This document shows positions 50,218-62,431 of a stretch of DNA of 64,000 nt, piece after piece; positions within the stretch are counted from its first letter, which is position 1; the number at the start of each line of letters is the position of its first letter. Made by a program: the position numbers and the translations under genes. The stretch comes from Octopus sinensis (lineage: Eukaryota), in assembly GCF_006345805.1 (NCBI RefSeq), contig NC_043024.1, forward strand, positions 16,182,001-16,246,000, read 5' to 3'. Below the pieces are notes generated by a model that did no database searches, was not told the origin of the DNA, and worked only from the letters and a program-made list of their open reading frames with translations.

Positions 50218-51240
50218 CCCTTTCGTTACTATATTTCTGACCAAAATACACCCCTTATGTGTTTCAATTAATTTCTAACGTAATCATAAATTTAGTCTGG
50301 TTTCATTAAACAACTATAACTTTTTTATTTATGAATACATTAATCTGATTTTGGAAGATAATTTAGTGAAATGTTCTCAACCAATTCTATACTATAATTT
50401 TTGTCACAAAGTGACTCTAATTGCAGGTAGATACAGGTAAATTCAACAATATATAAAATTATTAAAATTTTGTTCAAACATCGCTATAGAAAATGGGTTA
50501 TTAGCTAATATTCAATTGGGTATACAACAAAATTTTACGATAGAATTTGTTATTCTGGGTAACTTTCTAATACCCATAATAATATTTATGGCAAAATAGG
50601 CCTTAATTTCATTTAAGGTTGTGGGAAATAACAAACTATCGTTTCTTTCGCTTTGTTTAGGTTGAGATCAAATACCACATGCTTTTTCTTTTCAGTCATA
50701 GAGTTAGATTTATGAAGGTCTTCAGTAGAAAATCCTTCGAATTCTGACTCGCTGCTTGATATAATGAAATTCGTATCCATTTTTTGTCAGAATTACAAAT
50801 TTTGAAAACACAATAGGAACAAATTTCGGAAAAAAATCTCCCATAATGCACGGAATTAAAATTACACTTCGATTTTTGTACAAAACTGTAGTTGAACTGT
50901 TTACGAAGTATAATACGTGTTTTCACGAATGTTCTAAAGAGATTTACTCTGATATTCTCATTTAAATATGAATAGGTAAATTCGGGCGGCTTGGTCACAT
51001 TAACCAAAATTTTTTTCGGGCGGTTTGGTGCAATTATATATACATATATCTATATATAATATTATATAATAAAATATATACAGAGTAAAATAAAAACCAA
51101 TTTACCTTTTCTGTATTGTTATTCGACCGTCCGTGTTACATCGCCATCGCCATAGCCATCGCCATCGCCATAGCCATCGCCATCGCCATAGCATCGCCAT
51201 CGCCATAGCCAAGCCATCGCCATAGCCATCGCCATCGCAT
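50218..51240. mobile_element. Longer TTAA-type (piggyBac-like) element, one terminus only
   Basis: TTAA-CCCTTTCGTTAC, identical to the MITE TIR; contains a (GCCATC/GCCATA)n tract at 51139-51240; right end not found, so the extent is approximate. Confidence 0.5.
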
Positions 51241-51564
51241 TCTATTTTCTACCTGTCAACACACAGTGAATTAGTTTCAGTTTATCATTGCACACTGTGT
51301 GTGTGCGTTTGCGTGTGCTGTAAACCAGACTAAGAAAAGCATTTGACACACACACCAGAATGTGAGTTTTCTGTAAATTTTGCTTAATTGGAGTTTAAAT
51401 TTTAAAAAACTGGACCTGGCATGACGCGATGCATTGTACTCTTAAAAATGGTAGGTAAATTGTAATTGAAGAAATCCTATATTGTAGATTTGTATAACTC
51501 CCAAAGGGAGGCAGATAAAATCTGCCTTTTATAATAAGAGATATATATATATATATATATTATC

Positions 51565-51730
51565 AGCAGCAGCAGCTTCATCCTGGTTTTGTCCCCATTA
51601 ACAGGGGTTGCCGGATCTACCTCAATGCCATAGCAACCGAGGTAGGCAACCCTTGGGCTGGCTGGTACCCATTCTTTACTATCATGAGTCTCTTTTGGAG
51701 CTGGATTTTCTACAGGAAGCATGCCCTTGC
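51565..51730 (-). mobile_element. SINE/LINE tail family D (second copy at 48790-48965)
   Basis: Two similar copies; GGGTTGC/GCAACCC and CTACCTC/GAGGTAG stem. Confidence 0.6.
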
Positions 51731-52090
51731 TTAGCCCTGACCTCAGTTTCTAGACGTGAGTGGTCCTGAGACCAAGGCTTCTACCAAGATTTTTAAATGT
51801 GGTGGAAAACTAGCTCTCAGAGCCCCCACAACACATTAATATAGATTAAAAATATATACTAAAATATTTTTTACATGTTTGGGTTAGATTAGTAAAATGT
51901 ATGTAAACTACATACTGTTACTTAAAGCAATTTAGTATATGCTGAATCAAGGTTATTCTCATCAATATTTTAACAATTTTGCAACCAGGCAGGGAGTCTT
52001 CGCATCTTGAACAAATGTCTTCTGCTATGGTGTTAGGTTCATGGATGCCTTGCAAATGAAACTTGATAGATGTGAATTTGTGAAAGCCTG

Positions 52091-52126
<36 letters not shown>

Positions 52127-52385
52127 ATGTCTATGTTATTGTTTACACTTCTTAACAACCGATGTGGTTTAAGCCCCATTAACTTCAGGTTTAAACAAAC
52201 AGTGATTGATTAAATAAATACGACTGAAATCAGTGTTACGATTGACAAAGCCAACCAAAACAAAAAAACCCTCGAAGGTGGTGCCATAGCATTGCCTGCA
52301 GCCATTGATTGAAGACAGCAAAAGAATAAAGAACACATACACACACACACATACACAAACACACACACACACATATATATCTATA

Positions 52386-52785
52386 CTCTTTACTCTTTTA
52401 CTTGTTTCAGTCATTTAACTGTGGCCATGCTGGAGCACTGCCTTAAATTGAGCTGATCAACCTTAGCACTTATTCTTTGTAAGCCTAGTACTTATTCTAT
52501 CGGTCTCTTTTGCCGAACCGCTAAATTACGGGGACGTAAACACACCAGCATGAGTTGTCAAGCGATGTTGTGGGGACAAATACAGACACACAAATATACA
52601 CACACACACACATATATACGTATATACGACAGGCTTCTTTCAATTTCTGTCCACCAAATCCACTCACAAGGCTTTCGTCGGCCTGAGGCTATAGTAGAAG
52701 ACGCCCAAGGTGCCATGCAGTGGGACTAAACCCAGAACCATGTGGTTTGTAAGCAAGCTACTTACCACGCAGCTACTCCTACACC

Positions 52786-52786
<1 letters not shown>
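52386..52786 (-). mobile_element. SINE family A, full length
   Basis: Reverse complement of the consensus. Confidence 0.92.
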
Positions 52787-52818
<32 letters not shown>

Positions 52819-52872
52819 TACACACATATATACATTATATATGTATACATACATATATATATGTATACATAC

Positions 52873-52929
<57 letters not shown>

Positions 52930-53032
52930 ACATAATATATATGTATACATACATATATATATGTGTATATATATATATATAATATATATATATATATGTA
53001 TGTATACATATATATATGTATACATACATATA

Positions 53033-53075
<43 letters not shown>
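52787..53075. repeat. (TA)n/(TATG)n microsatellite
   Basis: Direct reading. Confidence 0.95.
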
Positions 53076-53081
<6 letters not shown>

Positions 53082-53496
53082 ATAATGGAAATGTCAATTT
53101 CCACTGTTCTACACATGGCGTTAGATACATTTCCCCTTCCTACTCATTAATCAAAACCAATATTATCAGCAAAGTTCTTTCTTTCTTTGATTTGGTCTTT
53201 TTCCTTTCTTCCCTTTGCCAAAATGACTTTTATGTACTCAGTCTTAGAACAGCACCAATCTCCTCAAATTCCTGTAATTATATTCATCTACAAAGAAAAG
53301 AAAAATCCCTTCTTGGCTCAAATACTAAACATAGACTGGTGTGTGAATGTAATGGGTAACCTTTAAACCAGACCATTAGTTGATCAAATAAAGATCTTTT
53401 ATTTGAAGCTCTACAGTCTAAAAGTCATGTATGTAAGTAATTTTCTGTGTGTGCATGTGTGTATATATATCATGTTTGTATGTGTGGGAGTAAGTT

Positions 53497-53527
<31 letters not shown>

Positions 53528-53929
53528 TGTTTGTGTGTGTATGTGGACGATGTAGCATGTTTCGGCATGTATGCTTTTGTGTGTGTATGTTTGTATTTGC
53601 TTGTTCGAGTGTGTGTGTTTGAATCTATGTGCATCTGTGTGTGTGTGTGTCTGTGTGTGTTTCTTTGTGTATGTATATGTATGTGTTTCTGTAAGCAAGT
53701 ATATTTGCGTATGAGTAAGGTCATTGGTCCATTTTAGCCATCAAGGGCTTGGCATGATAGAGCGCATGTATATGTGTGTTTATGTGTGTGAACTTTTGTT
53801 ACCATGGTTACAGTATATGTGGTCTAATGTCAGTAATTTACAGATGGAATATAAAGACATTCACATGCACACAAACATACCTATACATGCATACACACAT
53901 ATACATGCCCGTGCATACACACACACACC

Positions 53930-55010
53930 TTTTATTCATTTCAGTCATTTGAATGGAGTCATGCTGGAGCACTGCCTTTTTAGTAGAAGAAATTGACCCC
54001 AGGACTTAATCTTTGTAAGCCTAGTACTTATTCTATTGGTCTCTTATGCTGAATTGCTAAGTTACAGGGACGTAAACACACCAACATTGGTTGTCAAGTA
54101 ATGGGGTGGGGGGACAAATCACAGACACAGAAACACACACAAATATATCCATAGGCATAGGAGTGGCTGTTGGGTAAGTAGCTTGCTTACCAACAACATG
54201 GTTCCGGGTTCATTCCCACTGCGGTTTGGCAAAAGAGACCGATAGAATAAGTATTAGGCTTACAAAGAATAAGTCCTGGGGTCGATTTGCTCGACTAAAG
54301 GTGGTGCTCCAGCATGGCCACAGTCAAATGACTGAAACAAGTAAAAGAGTAAAATAGTAATATATATATATATATATATATGACAAGCTTCTTTTCAGTT
54401 TCCATCTACCAAAACACCCACAACGCTTTGGTTGGCCTGTGGCTATAGCAGACGTCACTTGCCCAAGCTGCCACACAGTGGGACTGAAACCAGAACCACA
54501 TGGCTGAGAAGCAAGCTTCTTACCACACAGCCACACTTGCGCTTATATATATGTTTTTTTTTGTCTTTTGGACAGGAGAGAAGGGGCAGTGCCCATGACA
54601 CTTTAAAGGGCTTTCAAGACAGCTGGGTAGAAGGGAAGAAGTTAACATCCATTTCTCATGCTATCATGTGTTGGACAGAAAGTTATTTGCAACGGGACTT
54701 TACGCGGCTGGATGTTCTTCCTGTAACTAACCATTAAGAGGGAGACTAGTCTTAATATCAATATCTTCACTGTTTTTCTCAGTCGCTCTCAAGGACAGAA
54801 TCTGAACACCACACACATTTGCACAAACACAGACACACAAACACACACATACATACATATACATATATATGAGAGGCTTCTTTCAGTTTCCGTCTACCAA
54901 ATCCACTCACAAGTCTTTGGCGGCCCGGGGCTATAGTAGAAGACACTTGCCCAAGGTGCCACACAATGGGACTGAACCCGGAACCATGTGGTTGGTAAGC
55001 AAGCTACTTA
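53930..55010. mobile_element. Cluster of four partial family-A SINEs
   Basis: 53930-54130 (-), 54152-54360 (+, internal deletion), 54380-54545 (-), 54830-55010 (-). Confidence 0.85.
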
Positions 55011-55014
55011 CCTA

Positions 55015-55236
55015 TTTCTTTACTACCCACAAGGGGCTAAACATAGAGGGGACAAACAAGGACAGACATAGGTATTAAGTCGATTATATCGACCCCAGTG
55101 CGTAACTGGTACTTAATTTATCGACCCCGAAAGGATGAAAGGCAAAGTCGACCTCGGCAGAATTTGAACTCACAACGTAACGGCAGACGAAATACCGCGA
55201 AGCATTTCGCCCGATGTGCTAACGATTCTGCCAGCT
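55015..55236 (-). mobile_element. SINE family B, young-looking copy
   Basis: Close to the family consensus. Confidence 0.88.
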
Positions 55237-56108
55237 ACTTACCACTCCTGCATTTATATTTTCATTTATATTGTTTGGGAAAAAGTTAATTTCACTAACT
55301 TTCTTCCTATGTTCCATGTCTGTTGCTTGATGGTAAAATGATTTAGTCCTGGTTGCAGATCGTCTCAGTAGGATTTCAGTCTTTTCATATATCCAACTGC
55401 AGAGTTTTGTTTCACCTTTTGAAAATAGGTAAACCAATTAGCATTCAGTTCAGAGCTCCAAGGAAAACGTCTTTTGTACTTATGGTTTCTTCTGTGACTA
55501 CAGCTAGAAACAATCTGTTTACCTGCTGAGATGTTGTTTTCCTTCTCTTTCTCAGTTGTGTTGTTGTTGTTGCTGTGTCCAGCTATGTTGTTTGCAGTAA
55601 ATCACTGCATGGCAAATTCAAGTTTAAGTCAATAATCACTACGATCATGAATAAAGGGCTCCCTCAGTTAATTCATCTGAAGATTAACCAGTTATTTAAG
55701 AGGCCTGGTAGTTGTGGATTCAAAGTTGGAGATAAGCATTCATTGCATCTTCAATAAATAGTCTCCCCTGCCAAATATGCGACTTGGCACTTCAAGTGTG
55801 TGATTGATGTATCAATCACATATATCTATATATAGACATACATGCGTACATACGTACATATGTATGTAGCTCTCTTTTACTTGTTTCAGTCATTTGACTG
55901 TGGCCATGCTGGAGCACCACTCTTAGTCAAGCAAATCGACCCCAGGACTTATTCTTTGGAGACCTAGTACTTATTCTATCAGTCTCTTTTGCCGAACCGC
56001 TAAGTTATGGGGACGTAAACACACCAGCATCGGTTGTCAAGCGATGTTGGGGGGGGGGACAAACACAGACACACAAATATATACACACACATACATCTAT
56101 ATATAAAC

Positions 56109-56147
<39 letters not shown>

Positions 56148-56168
56148 ATAATAATTTATGTTTCAATG

Positions 56169-56208
<40 letters not shown>

Positions 56209-56328
56209 GAGGGCATTATTACACATACATGCCACATGCTAAGAGGGACATTAGTCATTTCTACCAAAAAATTTTACTAATCATACCCAATGCAATTTTT
56301 CAAAGCAAGACATCTAAAAAATGAATTT

Positions 56329-56390
56329 AGTCTTGTATCACCTGTGATTTCGTACTTACCGCAGTTGCGACCGTACTCATCAGCAAGACT
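56329..56390 (-). ncRNA. Canonical type-I hammerhead ribozyme
   Basis: Minus: AGTCTTG-CTGATGA-GTAC-(17 nt)-GTAC-GAAA-TCACAGGTGA-TA-CAAGACT; all core residues and three helices present. Confidence 0.92.
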
Positions 56391-56914
56391 GATTCTGAAC
56401 ATATCATAAATAAACGACCTCGCACCGTCAAAGCCGAACAGCTATCTGTTCTACTCCAACGAAGCACATGGGGAGGTTTACATATAATACATCCGGTAAA
56501 TGGCAGGCTTCTTCGAATTGCATTTCGGATAGGAAAAGTTTTTTCGGAATAAAATTATTTAACAATTAAGGATAACTTCTTAATAAGGAATCTTAACAAG
56601 AAATTATAAGGTAGATAGCGTGAAAAACCTCATAAGAGAAAAATTTCGAAAATAATTCTTTCTTATTGAACATATATATATATATATATATGTATATGAC
56701 GTATGGTATATCTACTTGGGCCTATTGTTTAATTGTGTTTATTTAAGTATTTTACACATGTAAATAGTATATACACTTTGCTTATGTATGTATATGTGTG
56801 TATATATGTATATGTATATGTCTATATGTATATTTGTTCATATTTTTTATATATATTATATAATATGTGTATCATGTTTATTGTACTAATATTAATATTT
56901 TTAAAGTTCCTTAT

Positions 56915-57050
56915 AACCTCTGATGAGGCCTATGGTTATACATATAAGTACCCTATTTTTAAATGCCTACAACCTCATTATGTTGACAACTATAGGCAAT
57001 AAAAATAAAATTAACTACTTTTAGCCATAGGCTGAAACAGCTGGAAGAAG
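56915..57050 (+). ncRNA. Inactivated HHR-like motif (U16.1G)
   Basis: CTGATGA-GGCCTATGGTTA...TAGCCATAGGCT-GAAA-CAGCTG-GA; weak stem I. Confidence 0.6.
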
Positions 57051-57796
57051 TGATTTTAATAATTTATATTATGACTTTTATAATTTGTATTCTTATCATA
57101 TATGTATTGAATTATAAGATATATATGTATGCTACATCAACCCTAACATCTGGCCACTTAACTCCCCTGACTTGATTGTTATGTGTGGGGCATGGTTGAT
57201 CGAGAGACTAGAATGTTAAAACTTAGTACACATACACAGAAGAGTTCAAAGTCAATCTACGCCAAGCAGCTTTACTCTGCGTACTTTAGCTTCATTACTA
57301 TGGCAACAGTCCGGATACTTATTGATCAGACCATGTATTTATATTTATATATATATATATATATATACACACACAAGTGATTGTGCCCGTGCTAGCAAGC
57401 CTGTTATATATAATTTTTTATATCTTAAACAAGCACCTACAATGTTTGATATCATTTAGATTACAATGTTTTTTTTATTGATTTACGATTTGTTTGTAGA
57501 TTTGAGGTTAATTTTCAGCACAATCATAACAACTCATTTCTATATTCAACTCTTCAACATTAATTGAAGTAGACAGCAGTAAGTAACTGACTAATTATCC
57601 ATGAAACAAAAGGAAATGGTTGTGGAATTGAGTTTGTTAAACTCTAGCTTAACGTTTAAAGTACATCATTTAAGGAAAACTAAATGTGATGTAACTGCTG
57701 ATGCGATCACTTTTGCTATAAAATACATCACAGTTCCAGCTGTACTGATGCTTATATCGTAGCTCTTTTCCTATATTGGAAAATTTTTGTTGACTC

Positions 57797-57831
<35 letters not shown>

Positions 57832-57839
57832 CATACTCA

Positions 57840-58110
57840 TCATCATCGTCATTTAATGTCCATTTCCTATGCTAAGATGGTTTGACCAGAACTGGTAAGC
57901 TACAGAGCTGCACCAGGCTTCGGTCTGTTTTGGCTTGGTTTCTGCAACTGGATGCTTTTCCTAATGCCAACAACTCCAAGAGTGTAATGAGTGCCTTTGA
58001 CATATCACTGGCACGCGTGCCTATTATGTGCCATCAGCATGAGTGCCTTTTATGTGACACTAGCATGGGTGTCTTCTATGTCTCATCAGGCACAAGTGCT
58101 TTTTGTGTGC
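57840..58110 (-). mobile_element. RTE-type 3' UTR repeat, diverged
   Basis: (ATC)n + ggatgcttttcctaatgccaacaactc. Confidence 0.75.
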
Positions 58111-58562
58111 CTTTTACAAATTACTGACATTGATTCCCCTGACAGATCACTAACACTGGCCACAACTATGAATTCACTCATTGTGAATTCTATGATTCTC
58201 TTCAAACAGCAAAGCTTCCTTTCCGAGGGCCCAGGTTGGCTGGGATGAGAATCTGTTGATTCTCTTCCTTGGCTTTTGAATTGCACTATAATTCTATTAA
58301 CAGTAGCAAGAGGAATTTGAAGATTTTTCACTGGCTAAGACCAGCCTCAGATTGCCCGACAATATGACCTCTTTGAAAATCTGAAAGTTCTGCTGAATTT
58401 TTTGTGTGTGACATGGTTACTCTTCACAAATGCTTAATATAATAGCACCTGGAAGGAAAAAGAATAATTACATTGTAAATTCTACACAGCTAAAATCGTA
58501 TAAAGATGCTTAGATCAGAAATTTTGAAAATTGAAGGTGTCTATTTACTTCCTGTACAACTG
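58110..58562 (-). pseudogene. Tc1-like transposon 5' fragment (TIR + HTH N-terminus)
   Basis: CAGTTGTACAGGAAG end; ATG at 58414: MSHTKNSAELSDFQRGHIVG ... [19 protein letters not shown]...PGPSER, with a frameshift/stop. Confidence 0.75.
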
Positions 58563-59128
58563 TGTATACTCTGTTGATGAGGTTTAACAAAGTGAAACAT
58601 GTTTGTTATTGTCTCTCTTGCCTGTAAACAAAGATCAGACTTCCTTTCCTATAAATATTTAAATGAACTCTGAGAGATGAATTCTTAATTTCTAGAAATT
58701 AGCTCTTTTTTTTTATATATGACAGTTGATAACAATAGTTGCAGGGTTTCTGGCTTGTTTCTCCAACTAAGAGGCAAATTTCAATCAAGAATTTTTTTGC
58801 ATACATCATTCACTGCATCACTACTTAAATTATTCAACCAAATTCATGCCATTGGTTCATTTGAGTTATTTTCCTTTGCTCATTTTACCAAGTGTCAGAC
58901 AGTTCAAATATTACACTTAGCTTTTCACTTTTTCAGTCAATAAATAAAGTACCAGTTATGTACTGGAGTTGATTCTTCACTTTCCTTTTTGTCTGTTTGT
59001 CTCTCTCTACTCGAAGAAATCAGCAATGGTCAAATAGAAAGAGGCATGATCTCTGCCAGGCCTAAAAGAGAATTCCTAAGATATGCTGTATATGAAGATG
59101 TCACTCTAAGATATGTCGTATATCAAGA

Positions 59129-59406
59129 AGGTGGCAAGTTGGCAGAAACATTAGCACATCAGGCGAAATGCTTAGCGGTATTTCATCTGATGTTACATTC
59201 TGAGTTCAAATTCTGCCGAGGTTGACTTTGCCTTTCATCCTTTCGGAGTGGTTGGCATTAGGAAGGGCATCCAACTGTAGAAACTCTGCCAGAACAAGAT
59301 TGGAGCCTGGTGCAGCCATCTAGTTCGCCAGTCCTCAGTCAAATCGTCCAACTCATGCTAGCATGGAAAGCAGACGTTAAACAGTGACAATGATGATGAT
59401 GATGAT
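59129..59406 (+). mobile_element. Chimeric SINE: family B head fused to an RTE-type tail
   Basis: ...gcctttcatcctttCGG|agtggttggcattaggaagggcatcc..., (GAT)n tail. Confidence 0.8.
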
Positions 59407-59420
59407 GTATATATACATAC

Positions 59421-59462
<42 letters not shown>

Positions 59463-60132
59463 TGTACACCTGCTGACATTAACTCTTGTAATATATAATA
59501 TCTCCAATTGATATCAGAGTTGTTTAGTATTACAAATCGAGTATTAACCGATTTTCATTGACATTTAATCAATAAATTTTTCAGTCAAACAGTTTGTTTT
59601 ACATATGTATTTTATATATTTTTCCTTTTTTTTTAGTCATATTTTATTTTCAAAATCATCATCATAACCATCATGCCATTATCGTCACTAGCATCTCCCA
59701 CCCCCATGGCCATCTCCTTCATTGTGTTGTCACAGTCGCCACCACCACCACCACCACTACCACCACCACCACCACCATCACTGCAGCAATTACATTCAAT
59801 CATCATCATCATCATCAACAATGATGACAACTGCTCTCAAATGAAGCGCAACTGAGCTCACACTTGTATTTATTATTACAAATAGTTACGGCTGGTTCCA
59901 TTCCATTACTCTGGAGCAGAGCAGTGACTTTCAAATGGTGTCTTCTGTGACACTACGTCAATATGAGTAAACATTGAAAGTTCTGGAATAATTCAACAGT
60001 TTACACTGTTTGAAAATTCCTTTCACTGGTTTGGAACTGTACTGGAGTGTAACAAACTATAACAACTGACAATAAATACAAACATTACCTGAAGGTATTG
60101 AGTACTTTGTTTATGATATTTGTTTTCAATAC

Positions 60133-60540
60133 AGGCACAGGAGTGGCTGTGTGGTAAGTAGCTTGCTTACTTACCAACCACATGGTTCCGGGTTCAGTCC
60201 CACTGCGTGGCACCTTGGGCAAGTGTCTTCAACTATAGCCTCAGGCAGACCAAAGCCTTGTGAGTGGATTTGGTAAATGGAAACTGAAAGAAGCCCGTCG
60301 TATATATATGTATGGGTGAGTATATGTTTGTGTGTCTGTGTTTGTCCCCCCCAACATCGCTTGACAACTGATGCTGGTGTGTTTACATCCCCGTAACTTA
60401 GAGGTTTGGCAAAAGAGACCGATAGAATAAGTAATAATTCTTACAAAGAATAAGTCCTTTGGTCGATTTGCTCGACTAAAGGCAGTGCTCCAGCATGGCC
60501 ACAGTCAAATGACTGAAACGACTAAAAGACTAAAAGATTA
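60133..60540 (+). mobile_element. SINE family A, full length
   Basis: Complete copy. Confidence 0.92.
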
Positions 60541-61064
60541 ATACTGTTCTACGTAAGATATAAAGTATATCAACTGGTGAAGTTTCAGATTGGGGTTTCA
60601 AGTGTTTTAGGGAGTAGGATATTACTCCTTAGTCACCTGTATCACCAGGTTTGTTCTTGCCTAGAGTGGTAGTATTGTCCAGGGCCTCAGTTATAGGCCA
60701 AATAACAGAAGATGACTCTATAGCTTTGATATATAGGACCCAGAGGTAGGCTGGTTCCCTAGCCATGTGTTATGCTGGCTAAATGATGTGTGGATATGCC
60801 TTGATGTCACATGAACGAATGTTACCGCCTCACAGTTTAAATAGGTCCTGTGCCTCAAATGTAAGCTTGGGACAGCAAAGAACTAGCAAAGTCAACTTTA
60901 AATAAACTGGCAGAAGACAGAAGTCTGGTGCAGACTTCTACCCAGCTGGCTCTTGTGAAACTGCGCCACCCATGCCAGCATGGAAGGTGGACGTTAAATG
61001 ATGATGATGATGGTGAAACATATATATATATATATATATATGCCACACCCAAGAGGTTGAGAGA

Positions 61065-61320
61065 ACTTGTGGAAGAGGTAGACCCAGGAAGACTTGGGAT
61101 GAGATGGGGAAGACCTTCGAACATTAGGCCTCACCAAAGCAATGACTTGTGACCGAGAACTTTGGAAATATGCTGTGCTTTAGAAGACCCGGCAAGCCAA
61201 GTGAGACCATAACCTCATGGCCTATGCCAGGGGCGTAACCAGCCCACTTATGTGTACCTTTCCTTCATTGGACACTAAACTCTGCTTGTGAAGACCTGTT
61301 GAGGCAAGTGAAATCAAAAC
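61065..61320 (+). mobile_element. RTE LINE C-terminus (GRGRPRKTWDE) + 3' UTR, different subfamily
   Basis: ggaagaggtagacccaggaagacttgggatgag. Confidence 0.7.
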
Positions 61321-61698
61321 CATAGTTTCCCAAAAATCATGAATGTTGAAACTTTATGCGATACAAGTAGTGAGATGCAAATGGAACCTCCAATGGATTT
61401 GCATATACAATATTGAAGAAATGTTTAATATTCAAATATTATTCATAAAATTATGCTACGACTATTAATTCATGAGTCACAAGTGACTCCCGACATCATC
61501 AGGTGAACATTGAAATAATGCGAGTTTCAAGAAAACAACAGCATCCAAAGGCATTTGAATGGAAAGATGAGAGAAAATAGAAAGGAAGGCAATAAGTCCA
61601 TATGGCCTTGCAAACTGTAATGAGAGAGGAGAGAATCGGATAGAATGAGCCAAAAATAGCAAATTGACAATTGGTAACACCTGATCTGAAATGCTTAA

Positions 61699-61920
61699 CC
61701 CTTTCGTTACCAACCCAGCTGAAATAGGCTCTGGCTCTGTAGTACAAATGTCTTGTTTTCATAAGTTTTAAATGAAAATCTTCCACTAAACCTTAGTCAC
61801 GATTTATGTTCCTAACACTAGCTTAATGATAACAAAGTTATTTTACTAAGTTCTTTGTTATATTTAAAATTAATTCAAAGAAACACAGAGCATCTTAACA
61901 GAAATACAGTAACAAAAGGG
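61699..61920. mobile_element. TTAA-type MITE, 222 bp
   Basis: TTAA-CCCTTTCGTTAC ... GTAACAAAAGGG-TTAA. Confidence 0.92.
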
Positions 61921-61951
61921 TTAAAATATATAATAGAGAAATAATTCTTAA

Positions 61952-62173
61952 CCCTTTGGATACCAACCCAGCTGAAACAGCCTCTGGTTCTGTAGTACAA
62001 ATGATTTGTTTTTATAAGTTTTGAATTAAAATCTTCCACCAAACCTTAGTCACAATTTATGTTCCTAACACTAGCTTAATGATAACTAAGTTATTTCACT
62101 AAATTCTTTGTTATATTTTAAAGTAATTGAAAGAAACACAGAGCATCTCAAAATAAATACAGTAATGAAAGGG
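61952..62173. mobile_element. TTAA-type MITE, 222 bp, adjacent copy
   Basis: TTAA-CCCTTTGGATAC ... GTAATGAAAGGG-TTAA. Confidence 0.92.
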
Positions 62174-62431
62174 TTAAACACAAGATATGAACATGGAAAC
62201 AAGTGTCCCAATATTATTAAAAGCTGAAAAATCTATCCAGGATCTGATTACAGCAGTGAGCACAATCTAATTCTGACTTAAATAAATGTAAAATTAACAA
62301 AACCCACTCAATCACCAAAGTTAATCATAGAACTAGGTTAGAACATGAGAGAAAAAGACACAATGGTGATTAAAATAGACTGTGCTGGAAGAGCTGACAA
62401 ATGCAGAAAACCATTGAGGGAAACCTTAAGG

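Noticed and set aside
53130-53290. Minus-strand exon after ttttctttgtag
   Set aside because: All frames hit a stop within 15 codons; no recognisable product.
52710-53359. Long Tyr/Ile-rich ORFs (also at 16.9, 20.1, 25.4, 53.4, 63.0 kb)
   Set aside because: Translations of (TA)n/(CA)n microsatellites.
55555-55757. Exon after a strong acceptor (poly-Cys or 67-codon frame)
   Set aside because: Composition comes from a (GTT)n tract; no recognisable domain or donor site.
16196-57050. Retrozyme or circRNA unit
   Set aside because: Needs two same-strand HHRs of one family in direct repeats; all same-family close pairs here are inverted.
57190-57335. MITE with CATGGT(C)TGATC termini
   Set aside because: Imperfect 11-12-bp match and no TSD.
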